Virus record (IMG/VR): IMGVR_UViG_3300021958_000059
Coordinates: 850 to 64,849 of that record
Length of the DNA stretch: 64,000 nucleotides
Reading direction: 5' to 3' (one strand)
DNA from: a virus
Taxonomy: Duplodnaviria > Caudoviricetes
Numbering within the stretch: the first letter of the stretch is position 1; each line of letters opens with the position of its first letter. The notes under the pieces were generated by a model. It worked only from the letters and a program-made list of their open reading frames with translations. It searched no databases and had not been told where the DNA came from. Below, piece after piece: positions 6,808-15,298 of this stretch. Made by a program: the position numbers and the translations under genes.

Positions 6808-7711
6808 TAAGAAATACTACTACAGCGAAATCTTTCACAGCATACAAGGTGAAGGACACTACACAGGTGTGCCCACTGCGTGGATACGTTTCTTTCTGTG
6901 TAATCTACAATGTAATGGCTTTGGACAGATTGATCCTACTAATCCTGACACTTATGATTTGCCATTTGAACAGTTTGATACTACAACTGTAAAACGTGTA
7001 GAAGATTTGCCTGTATGGGATAAAGGCTGTGATAGTAGTTACACTTGGTCGAAGAAGTTTAAGCATTTAATGGGTCAAAAGACTGCTGTCGAACTAGCAC
7101 ATCAAATTATCGATACACTTAAAACAGATTCAAATCCTAAAGGGTTGTTCCTTCATCCTGTTACAGGACAGAGACAACACTTCTGTGTTACAGGCGGTGA
7201 GCCGTTAATGAAACACGGTCAAGAAGCATTCATCGGTATCATGACAGAATTTAAGCGTCTTAATAATATGCCTGCTAGTGTTACATTTGAAACAAATGGC
7301 ACACAGGAACTTACACAAGAGTTTAAGGAATTTTGGTATGTTGATAATGAAGTAACAAAAGATGTTGAACTATTTTTTAGTGTAAGTCCTAAACTATGGA
7401 GTGTGGCAGGTGAAACAGCAAAGAAAGCAATTAAACCTGAAACTGTGGCACAATACAGAAATTTGTCTGATAAAGGACAACTAAAGTTTGTTGTTGGCAG
7501 CGAGCAACAGCAGTGGGATGAGATGGAAGATGTTATCGCACAATTTAAGGCACAAGATGTGGATTATCCTGTTTGGGTAATGCCCGTTGGTGCTAGAGAA
7601 GAAGAACAAACAGCAACAGCAGGTGCGGTTGCTAAGATGGCGTTTGAACGTGGATACAATGTGGCTGCAAGGGTGCATGTATACTTGTTTGGTAATGCTA
7701 TCGGAACATAA
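6791..7711 (+). CDS. queE: 7-carboxy-7-deazaguanine synthase (radical SAM)
   Basis: SEIFHSIQGEG, TGGEPL, FETNGT, SVSPKL and RVHVYLFG; cluster motif CNLQC...GCDS; start set at ATG 6791. Confidence 0.88.
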   Translation: MIIATDKKYYYSEIFHSIQGEGHYTGVPTAWIRFFLCNLQCNGFGQIDPTNPDTYDLPFEQFDTTTVKRVEDLPVWDKGCDSSYTWSKKFKHLMGQKTAVELAHQIIDTLKTDSNPKGLFLHPVTGQRQHFCVTGGEPLMKHGQEAFIGIMTEFKRLNNMPASVTFETNGTQELTQEFKEFWYVDNEVTKDVELFFSVSPKLWSVAGETAKKAIKPETVAQYRNLSDKGQLKFVVGSEQQQWDEMEDVIAQFKAQDVDYPVWVMPVGAREEEQTATAGAVAKMAFERGYNVAARVHVYLFGNAIGT

Positions 7712-7720
7712 GGAAACACA

Positions 7721-8065
7721 ATGGACTTTATAAAGAAGATGTTTAAGAAAAAAGAGCCTGATACTAGTAAGCCTGGTCTTACTGAAAAGGAGAAGGCTAC
7801 TATGAAAAAGGAGCCATGGGTAGGTGTTTTGAATACACATGTTAACAAAGAAAATGTCCGAAACGGCTTTTTTGAGCTTGACTGGAACGAAAATTTTATT
7901 ATACAATTAAGAGAACAAGGATACGGAGTTGACGGTGACAAGGATGAAGATATTGTTGATCGTTGGTTTCGTGAACTTTGTGCAAACGTTGTAGTCGATG
8001 GTGACTACGGAGGCCCACTAGACACTGGTAGTATTGATCCAGATGTTGTTAAAAGGAATAAATGA
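7721..8065 (+). CDS. Conserved phage hypothetical protein
   Basis: AAGGA RBS; EPWVGVL...NGFFELDWNE pattern. Confidence 0.75.
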   Translation: MDFIKKMFKKKEPDTSKPGLTEKEKATMKKEPWVGVLNTHVNKENVRNGFFELDWNENFIIQLREQGYGVDGDKDEDIVDRWFRELCANVVVDGDYGGPLDTGSIDPDVVKRNK

Positions 8066-9081
8066 GTAAAATGTGTCATATAATAGTAGATACTGCGAAC
8101 ACGTTCTTTCGTGCGAGGCATGTAATTAACGGAGATGCTGATATTAAGTTAGGTATGGCTTTTCATATCACGCTAAACAGCATTAAGAAGGCTTGGCAAG
8201 ACTTTGGAGGCACACATGTTATCTTTTGCCTAGAAGGACGTTCGTGGCGAAAAGATCACTATGAACCTTATAAGCGCAATAGAAAAGAAGCACGAGATGC
8301 TCTTACTGAAAAACAACAGGAAGAAGAAACTGTATTCTGGGAAGCATTTGACACATTTAAACAATTTGTAACCGATAAGACTAATTGCACAGTATTACAA
8401 CACCCGCAACTTGAAGCAGATGATCTAATTGCAGGTTGGATACAAAATCATCCAGATGCAGAACACGTTGTTATATCAACAGACACTGACTTTCAACAAT
8501 TAATTGCACCTAATGTTAAACTATATAATGGTGTGCAAGAAGTTACTTCAACACACGAAGGATTCTTTGATAAGAAAGGACTTCCTGTAATTGATAAGAA
8601 AACTAAAGAACCTAAACCTGCACCAGATCCGCAGTGGTTATTGTTTGAAAAGTGTATGAGAGGTGATACAAGCGATAACGTATTCAGTGCATACCCAGGT
8701 GTTCGTAAGAAAGGAACTAAAAATAAAGTCGGTCTAATGGAGGCATTTGCTGATAGACAAACTAAAGGATTTAGTTGGAACAATCTTATGTTGCAACGTT
8801 GGGTTGACCATAACGGTGAAGAACATCGTGTGCTAGAAGATTATGAAAGAAATAAAACACTTATTGATCTTACAGCACAACCAGATGAAATAAGAGAAAT
8901 TATAAACGACACAATTAAAACTGCAACTACCGCTAATAAAAATATTAGCCAGGTTGGTATTAGACTTATGAAATTTTGTCACTTGTATGATTTGAAAAAG
9001 ATTTCAGATCAAGCACAAGCCTATGCAGAACCTTTAAATGCAAAATATGACAATGCAGTTGAAAATGTGGTAGGAGGATAA
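8062..9081 (+). CDS. rnh: RNase H / 5'-3' exonuclease (T4 RNase H, FEN family)
   Basis: IIVDTAN; LEADDLIA; ISTDTDFQQL; RGDTSDNV.SAYPGV (H3TH). Confidence 0.92.
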   Translation: MSKMCHIIVDTANTFFRARHVINGDADIKLGMAFHITLNSIKKAWQDFGGTHVIFCLEGRSWRKDHYEPYKRNRKEARDALTEKQQEEETVFWEAFDTFKQFVTDKTNCTVLQHPQLEADDLIAGWIQNHPDAEHVVISTDTDFQQLIAPNVKLYNGVQEVTSTHEGFFDKKGLPVIDKKTKEPKPAPDPQWLLFEKCMRGDTSDNVFSAYPGVRKKGTKNKVGLMEAFADRQTKGFSWNNLMLQRWVDHNGEEHRVLEDYERNKTLIDLTAQPDEIREIINDTIKTATTANKNISQVGIRLMKFCHLYDLKKISDQAQAYAEPLNAKYDNAVENVVGG

Positions 9082-9082
9082 C

Positions 9083-9559
9083 ATGACAGAAATACAGGCA
9101 AAACCAGTAATTGATAATAAATTTTGGATCGTTGAAAACAATGGTGTTCGTATTGCCACATTGAGAAAGAATGAAGAAAACAAATTTATTTTAAGCAATA
9201 AAGATGGTGTAAAAGTTTTTAATACTAAGAAAAGTATTACTGAACAATTTGGTAGTGAATTTTTTGTTGCAAAAATTATTAAGGAAGCAGATAATTCAAA
9301 TCCTAAAGAAGTTCATGGGTTTGGAACTAGCACCTGCCCGCATAATGCAATGTATGACATACAGAAGAAATTGCCGTTGTTTACAAAAAGCAAGGATTCA
9401 AAAAGTTTATATTGTGCAGGCTACTATGTAATTCGTTTTGAAAAGGGTTGGGTTAAGAGTTTTTGTCCTAAGTTAATCACACTTCAGCGTTATGATTACA
9501 AAGGGCCCTTTAAGACGGATTTAGAAATGAAACAGGTTTTATCAAGTGTCAACAAATAA
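9083..9559 (+). CDS. Hypothetical protein
   Basis: GGAGG RBS; co-oriented in the operon. Confidence 0.75.
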   Translation: MTEIQAKPVIDNKFWIVENNGVRIATLRKNEENKFILSNKDGVKVFNTKKSITEQFGSEFFVAKIIKEADNSNPKEVHGFGTSTCPHNAMYDIQKKLPLFTKSKDSKSLYCAGYYVIRFEKGWVKSFCPKLITLQRYDYKGPFKTDLEMKQVLSSVNK

Positions 9560-9794
9560 CTTACCGGCAAATCTAGCAACTGTAGAAAAACTACTACAAC
9601 GTATCACGGTTGCAGAAAGATCTCAACAAAAAGAAGTAAGAATTACAATACAGGAAGCACGTGATCTTACAACAGAACTATCATTGCTTACAACTAAACT
9701 AGGGTCTACTGTATCGGAAATACACAGCCTATTAAAAGAAATTAAACAGTCTACAACAGAAGTTGATGTAAAATTTGACGGTGGTGGATTCTGA
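9546..9794 (+). CDS. Hypothetical coiled-coil protein
   Basis: Heptad-like sequence; fits the gene run. Confidence 0.65.
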   Translation: MSTNNLPANLATVEKLLQRITVAERSQQKEVRITIQEARDLTTELSLLTTKLGSTVSEIHSLLKEIKQSTTEVDVKFDGGGF

Positions 9795-9801
9795 AAAAAG
9801 G

Positions 9802-9808
9802 ATAAATA
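9802..9808 (+). promoter_or_regulatory. T4-type late promoter core (ATAAATA)
   Basis: Intergenic, 30 nt upstream of ATG 9839; matches the gp55 motif TATAAATA at 7 of 8 positions. Confidence 0.6.
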
Positions 9809-9838
9809 TATACGTAGTTAACTAAGGATTACGTATAT

Positions 9839-10120
9839 ATGAGCAGACCAAAACCAACAATAATTCTCGAACATACAAACCGAGAAACATATAAAGTAGA
9901 ACAGATTCTTGAAAGCGAAGCCATTTGGGCAGTGTTTTATCAGGAAAAACCTTTTAATCTAAAAAGTGGTAGTGCTATTTCGAGTTATCCTGGTCCTAAA
10001 TATAAGAAGGTATCATTTTCTAATCCTGGTCATGCTAGAAATCTAGCAAAGAAACTAAACAAACTCTTTAACACAGATGATTTTTCAGTATACAAACTTA
10101 CTAGCGGAGAAAAAGAATAG
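9839..10120 (+). CDS. Conserved phage hypothetical protein
   Basis: MSRPKP...YPGPKYKKVSFSNPGHA pattern; AAGGA RBS. Confidence 0.8.
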   Translation: MSRPKPTIILEHTNRETYKVEQILESEAIWAVFYQEKPFNLKSGSAISSYPGPKYKKVSFSNPGHARNLAKKLNKLFNTDDFSVYKLTSGEKE

Positions 10121-10523
10121 TGAAATGGACGTTAAAGACGACTACACAAAAATTTTTCTAAAAGCCGCAGAAGAATCTATCACAGACGAAAAAGTTAAAA
10201 AACTAAAACTTGACTGGTGGTGGAATGTTAGAAGCAAAGACGATGGCGGGTTGCGTCTTACTGATTTTGCAATTAAGTATATAGAACAGAAAGCACAAAT
10301 TAAAACATACAAAATTAGTTTTCCAAAAAACTTTTCAATTACACCGCAAATTCTTTTGTGGCTTGACAACTATATAGAATCGCCATATTATATTACTAAG
10401 AGATCAATTACTGTTTTGAAAGAAAAGGCTGCATTTGAGCTCTATTTGTTTAGTGGTGATGTCCAAAAATTAGGATATAACAAGGCTCTATCAAAAAGAT
10501 TAAGCCAAGAATCATCAGAGTAA
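10077..10523 (+). CDS. Hypothetical protein (true start probably near 10120-10130)
   Basis: ORF fills the gap; GGAGA at 10107-10111. Confidence 0.7.
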   Translation: MIFQYTNLLAEKKNSEMDVKDDYTKIFLKAAEESITDEKVKKLKLDWWWNVRSKDDGGLRLTDFAIKYIEQKAQIKTYKISFPKNFSITPQILLWLDNYIESPYYITKRSITVLKEKAAFELYLFSGDVQKLGYNKALSKRLSQESSE

Positions 10524-10534
10524 TAGTAGCAGTT

Positions 10535-10542
10535 TATAAATA
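10535..10542 (+). promoter_or_regulatory. T4 late promoter TATAAATA
   Basis: Exact gp55 consensus in an intergenic position before 10548. Confidence 0.7.
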
Positions 10543-10547
10543 ATTAC

Positions 10548-10820
10548 ATGATAGAACTTAATCCACTTGATGTATTAAATTCAAGGCAATTGAAAACGAT
10601 GCCTCCGCATTTTTCCAAAACAAAAATTGGAAATTCGGAAAGAACTGATCAAAATATCGTTGATTGGATTAAATCTAAGTTAACAGGAAGATACTGTGTT
10701 GTCAGTTATCCGTCTGTTAATGACGAAAACAGATTTCACACATCAACATTTGTGGGATTTGAAGAACAAAAAGAGTTAACATATTTTATGTTGGCTTGTC
10801 CATACCTAAGGAGAAACTAA
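10548..10820 (+). CDS. Hypothetical protein
   Basis: ORF directly after the late promoter. Confidence 0.7.
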   Translation: MIELNPLDVLNSRQLKTMPPHFSKTKIGNSERTDQNIVDWIKSKLTGRYCVVSYPSVNDENRFHTSTFVGFEEQKELTYFMLACPYLRRN

Positions 10821-11111
10821 ATGGCGGAAGAAGTTAAAAACGAAAATACAGAACAGGCAGCATCTACTGAAGCTCAAGCGGCTCCAGCAAGTGGTCCAGT
10901 TCCAACACCAGGTGTAGATACAAATCAAGAAACATCACCTGATTTAAATATTAATGATCTAAATGCTGTAAGAAGCATTATTGATATTGCAACAACCAGA
11001 GGTGCATTTAAGGCCAATGAACTAGAAGCAGTTGGTAAAACTTATAATAAGTTAACAACATTTTTAGATCATGTTACAAAACAACAACAAACCCAACAAG
11101 GTGAAAAATAA
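10821..11111 (+). CDS. Hypothetical protein (disordered N-terminus, helical C-terminus)
   Basis: AAGGAG RBS; DL.I.DL..VRSIIDIA..RGAFKANE pattern. Confidence 0.8.
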   Translation: MAEEVKNENTEQAASTEAQAAPASGPVPTPGVDTNQETSPDLNINDLNAVRSIIDIATTRGAFKANELEAVGKTYNKLTTFLDHVTKQQQTQQGEK

Positions 11112-11743
11112 TGGCTAATAAAACAAAACACGTAGGTAAAATAGCAAACACCGGCGAGAAAGTTGCCGTTGTTTTTAGAACAGTTCCAGGAGAATCAAAT
11201 CTGGCACTTGTATTGCCAACATCAACACTAAAAGATGATCAGCATAATAGTTTAATGGAAGTTATTGATTCTGAACAAGGACAACAGGCTAACGAACTTG
11301 GCGAGATTATGTTTACTAGATCATTTGCTAATGGCGTAAACATGCTTAGATCAGTTCAAGGTGAAGGTAGATTAAAGAAAGTTGCTACTGATACAATTAT
11401 AATGACACCGACACCTAATAGTGAAATTAAACTTTCAGAATTGAATGTTTTAATTGCAGAACAAAGAGGTGTTCAAGTTGATGAACTTTATACGTTTGTA
11501 AGCGGTGCACCTAAAGCAGGCGAGCCAGTAGTAAATGCTCCAACTGATTCTGTTCCTAGTGAAGAACCAGTAGCAGCACCAGCAACAGACGGAGTTCTTT
11601 CGGATACCGATCTTGCTAAATCATTACGCAGTCAGGCTGATGCAATGTATAAAGAAGCAGCCCGCATGCGCAGAGAAGCAGATGATTTAGATCCACCAAA
11701 GAAGAAAACTACTTCTAAGGTAAAGGCCGAAGCAGAAGTATAA
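11111..11743 (+). CDS. Hypothetical protein
   Basis: TAATG coupling; 210-aa ORF. Confidence 0.8.
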   Translation: MANKTKHVGKIANTGEKVAVVFRTVPGESNLALVLPTSTLKDDQHNSLMEVIDSEQGQQANELGEIMFTRSFANGVNMLRSVQGEGRLKKVATDTIIMTPTPNSEIKLSELNVLIAEQRGVQVDELYTFVSGAPKAGEPVVNAPTDSVPSEEPVAAPATDGVLSDTDLAKSLRSQADAMYKEAARMRREADDLDPPKKKTTSKVKAEAEV

Positions 11744-11746
11744 GCA

Positions 11747-12052
11747 GTGCATCGGCAATACTTTAAACCGCCAAAAGATTTAGTTAAAGAGTGGCCGGAG
11801 GTGTTCGAAGACCTTTACATGGACACCATGCCGGTCGCTTATGTTGACGTAATGATTTTGGAATTTAATGACGGGCGTATCTGGGAGATTGATATTAAAG
11901 ATCAGTTAAAAGGAAGCGATTCAAATACTGTTGCCAAAAAATTATTAGATACTCTTTCTGAGTATAAAGATACAATCAAAAAATTAGATTTTAAAATTAA
12001 TATTGAGCAACTAAAAGCAGATATTAAGAAAAGAACTAATAAAATTCTTTAA
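11747..12052 (+). CDS. Hypothetical protein
   Basis: GTG start; stop overlaps the convergent ugd stop. Confidence 0.7.
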   Translation: MHRQYFKPPKDLVKEWPEVFEDLYMDTMPVAYVDVMILEFNDGRIWEIDIKDQLKGSDSNTVAKKLLDTLSEYKDTIKKLDFKINIEQLKADIKKRTNKIL

Positions 12053-13230
12053 CTATTTCTAGTATTTCCATAATGTATAACTAAATGTTTATCCGAAGAA
12101 TATTGTCTCCACGGATCTACCACAACACTATCATCACTTAACTTAATATAAAGAGTAGGATGAGCAAGAAGAACCACTGCTCGAAATTCCATTCCGCCGC
12201 CCAAATCAATTGCTGGATCAATTGTCATAGGACCCCGTCCTAGTTCGTGGCAATAGTGCCCAACTAATAGACTATAACTACCGTCCTGATAAGGAACTCC
12301 TGGCTTGTATGCAACGCCATTCAGTAGTATAGGCATGTCATGTTCTTTTGCTAGTTCCACAAGTTTTTCAGCCATGTTCTTGGCTTGCTTTTCTCTAGCA
12401 TTCATTACGGCATCAAATAAGTCATAACCTAATTCTAACTTATCTGCCATAAAGCGTAGTGCAATATTATCCCTTGGATGGCAACCACCTCCGTCTCCCA
12501 TTCCTGCTTTCATGTATGCTGAACTAGTAATTCTCTTTTCACAATTAGACAATGCACGGGTTACAACATCAACATTGATGTTTCCTTGCTTTTCAGCAAC
12601 ATCCTGCATCATGTTAACCAATCCTATTTTGGTTGATATGAAGGTATTGTAGAAAACTTTTATACACTCGCATTCATCCCAAGTTCCAATTTCATAGTTG
12701 GGATCGTTTTCCATTATGGTTTTGTAAAAGTCTACGAGTTGTTTTGCATCACCCGTTGTGCTACCATCTTCAGTTCCAATCATGACAATGTCTGGGTTTA
12801 CCATATCCCAAGCCACAGTTCCCATTGCAATTAGATATGGATTATAAACGAATCTTGTATTTGTGATGTGCTGTATAAATTCTCTTCTTACGGTGCCCGG
12901 CAATACTGTAGAAATTAGAACAAGCAACTGATCCTTATTCATATATTGGGTTGCTTCCTTGAGAACACTATGAACTATGTCGTAGGAAAAATCCTTTGGT
13001 TCTAAGTGTGCCGTAGGTGCTCTACCATCATAAGCAGGATCATGTGGAGTAGGAACAGCAACAAATACTATTTCTCTATCCTTCACGCATTCTTGGATTG
13101 TGGTTTTAAATTGAACCTTTTCAGTTTGGACATCCATAATATCATATCCTGTTACATCATGTCCTTTTTGGGCAACTACTTCTGCACAGGGCAGACCCAA
13201 TTTACCCAGTCCAATAAAACCAATCTTCAT
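12049..13230 (-). CDS. ugd: UDP-glucose/GDP-mannose 6-dehydrogenase
   Basis: Rossmann motif IGFIGLGKLG; VAVPTP; ISTVLPGT; IKVFYNTF; catalytic GDGGGCHPRD; GVAYKPG; start moved to ATG 13230. Confidence 0.95.
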   Translation of the reverse strand: MKIGFIGLGKLGLPCAEVVAQKGHDVTGYDIMDVQTEKVQFKTTIQECVKDREIVFVAVPTPHDPAYDGRAPTAHLEPKDFSYDIVHSVLKEATQYMNKDQLLVLISTVLPGTVRREFIQHITNTRFVYNPYLIAMGTVAWDMVNPDIVMIGTEDGSTTGDAKQLVDFYKTIMENDPNYEIGTWDECECIKVFYNTFISTKIGLVNMMQDVAEKQGNINVDVVTRALSNCEKRITSSAYMKAGMGDGGGCHPRDNIALRFMADKLELGYDLFDAVMNAREKQAKNMAEKLVELAKEHDMPILLNGVAYKPGVPYQDGSYSLLVGHYCHELGRGPMTIDPAIDLGGGMEFRAVVLLAHPTLYIKLSDDSVVVDPWRQYSSDKHLVIHYGNTRNS

Positions 13231-13268
13231 TTCTTTTTCCTTTACTGTTATACCAAAAGTATTTACAA

Positions 13269-13366
13269 AAACGCATTTAAGCACCTTTTAAACCTGATTA
13301 TTGTGCTAGGGTTCAACTATAGCACTGCACCTAATAACACCGCTGTATGACGCTTAAAATGCGTTT
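13269..13366. repeat. Nested imperfect inverted repeat in the ugd upstream intergenic region
   Basis: AAACGCATTTAAGC(13269-13282) vs GCTTAAAATGCGTTT(13352-13366); inner GTGCTA/TAGCAC (13303-13325). Confidence 0.65.
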
Positions 13367-13385
13367 AAAACACCTTAAAACGGTG

Positions 13386-14537
13386 CTAATAGTTCATAGT
13401 CCTTATTAATTTTTTATAATCCTTGCCTACCAAAATGCTTCTATTGTGCCTTGCTATTTTTCTTACATTTGGCAACCATGACTTACGCAATTCCTTTGGA
13501 CTGATTTTGCAGAGTCTGTCAATTTCATCTAAAATAGCCAATATTCTATCACCATCATCTTCTATAGTATCGTAGGATTCATCTATGAAAGGTGCATATG
13601 TCCTGTATCCGAGTTCCTTTAAATATTGTAGACTATTTGCCGATGTTACCATTATGAATGGATGTCCCATTGCTATGGTTTTAAAGATCTTTTCACTTAG
13701 GAAAGGAACTCCTTCATAATATGTGGTTTCATTCACTATGCTGAAATAGGTTTCCATGTAAAATTCATTTATGGAATTTTCATGTATTGCTCTGTTGGTA
13801 ACGAGATCCTTTGTATCAAGATACATCGGTTCCATGCTTACAATGTCCTTATTCTTTTCTAATATCGCGGATATTTTTTTATTGTTGCGATGTAGGTTTT
13901 GCAATTGAGGATATACATGTTCCCATCCTCTCTTGTCATCGCTAGGTGCAAAACTTATGTATCCTTCATCTAATAAATTTTTTGATTTAAGAAGAGTCAA
14001 AAGTAATGGACGGTGCAGCCTCCAGCGTCTGTTAAGATTTAGAAACTTCTTAGTATATTCTTTTTTCTTTGGTAAGGACATCGGACTAGTTCTTGCTGCA
14101 TCCTTGCCTGTGGCTTCAAATAGACTAAACCAATCTACTTTTATTTCAGGTTGCTGTAATTGACGTGCAACCTTAGCAACGTGTTCATTCATATTAGGAA
14201 CCGCAGAAAGAAATATTATCTGCTCTGCTGGTATATTGTGCTTAATGACGATGTCTTGATAAATTGCATCTGCACATTCATAAAAGTGTTCTAGTCCGTT
14301 ATCAAGCATTAGAAAAACTTCTCTGTTCCTAATTTTCTGCAGAACATCTTCAGGCACCATATTTTCTATGCTAAACATTTTAAAACTATTAGCGTTTGAA
14401 AATTGTATGTAGAAAAAATCATAAGGAACATTTTCTTTAGCACGAACTCCGACATTGGAATTAATTTTTATTATCTCCTTGTCGTGCAGGCTGTATGTTA
14501 ACACGTATAGTAGGTTATCTTTGTTTATGCAGGGCAT
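13386..14537 (-). CDS. Putative glycosyltransferase (GT10/fucosyltransferase-like C-terminus)
   Basis: FLNLNRR...YFSIVNET...FLSEKIFK.IAMGHPFI...L.ELGYRTY; the family assignment is an inference. Confidence 0.55.
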   Translation of the reverse strand: MPCINKDNLLYVLTYSLHDKEIIKINSNVGVRAKENVPYDFFYIQFSNANSFKMFSIENMVPEDVLQKIRNREVFLMLDNGLEHFYECADAIYQDIVIKHNIPAEQIIFLSAVPNMNEHVAKVARQLQQPEIKVDWFSLFEATGKDAARTSPMSLPKKKEYTKKFLNLNRRWRLHRPLLLTLLKSKNLLDEGYISFAPSDDKRGWEHVYPQLQNLHRNNKKISAILEKNKDIVSMEPMYLDTKDLVTNRAIHENSINEFYMETYFSIVNETTYYEGVPFLSEKIFKTIAMGHPFIMVTSANSLQYLKELGYRTYAPFIDESYDTIEDDGDRILAILDEIDRLCKISPKELRKSWLPNVRKIARHNRSILVGKDYKKLIRTMNY

Positions 14538-15298
14538 TATAATCTACTAACTCCGCTTGATGTCCAGAATTTAAGTGTGTCATCTAATGTTTTACAGTTT
14601 AACACTTTTAGTTCGTATTCGGCAGCATAATTTTTCATCTTATCAGTTACTATATAGAATTGTTCAAGATATTTTAAGTAACCAAGTGGAGTTGGATGAT
14701 AGTCTGCTGTCTGGCCCTTTCCTCCCCAACCCTTGATTGGTGTCTGGGGCCATACGCCATCATACACCACATCAACCACTGCGGGTTTAATATGTTCAAG
14801 TGTTGCGGAATATAGTTTTAATATGTCCTCGAGGTGATTGCCTTTTATATTATCTAACATTTTAGTTTCCTCAAAGTCTACCATCTTTAGCATGTCCGAG
14901 TCACATGGTAGATGTTCAAGATAAACTCTAGTCTGTTCAATCAACCCTAGATCTCTCATAAGATAGAACCTATCATCGCTCCACTTATGAACAAACTCCA
15001 TATCTATCACACTCTGGGTATATATGTTGCCTGGTGTTTCCCATCGTTTATTCTTGTATCTATCTTCCCTGCTGACGCTGCTCCACATTACAATAACCAA
15101 ATCATCTTCAGTAAATTTGTGCGTAAGGTTTGCTTCAACTAGGCTGTTGGCTATGAATAGGTTGCCGCCGCCGCTCTGTCCGTAATTGTAATACTCAGAA
15201 ACTTCAGTTGCTATTATGTCAGCCCAAGTAGGCCAGTTGTAGTTCGTTAGGCTGCAACCAAATGCAAAGAATCTACTGTATTGATTAAATGGTTTCAT
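14537..15298 (-). CDS. SGNH/GDSL hydrolase-like protein (possible sugar O-acyl esterase or transferase)
   Basis: Block I FAFGCSLT; block II NYGQSGGGN; block V DYHPT; start moved to ATG 15298. Confidence 0.65.
   Translation of the reverse strand: MKPFNQYSRFFAFGCSLTNYNWPTWADIIATEVSEYYNYGQSGGGNLFIANSLVEANLTHKFTEDDLVIVMWSSVSREDRYKNKRWETPGNIYTQSVIDMEFVHKWSDDRFYLMRDLGLIEQTRVYLEHLPCDSDMLKMVDFEETKMLDNIKGNHLEDILKLYSATLEHIKPAVVDVVYDGVWPQTPIKGWGGKGQTADYHPTPLGYLKYLEQFYIVTDKMKNYAAEYELKVLNCKTLDDTLKFWTSSGVSRL

Noticed and set aside
13303-13325. GGTTCAA loop resembling a tRNA T-loop
   Set aside because: No cloverleaf, D-arm or acceptor stem/CCA can be built
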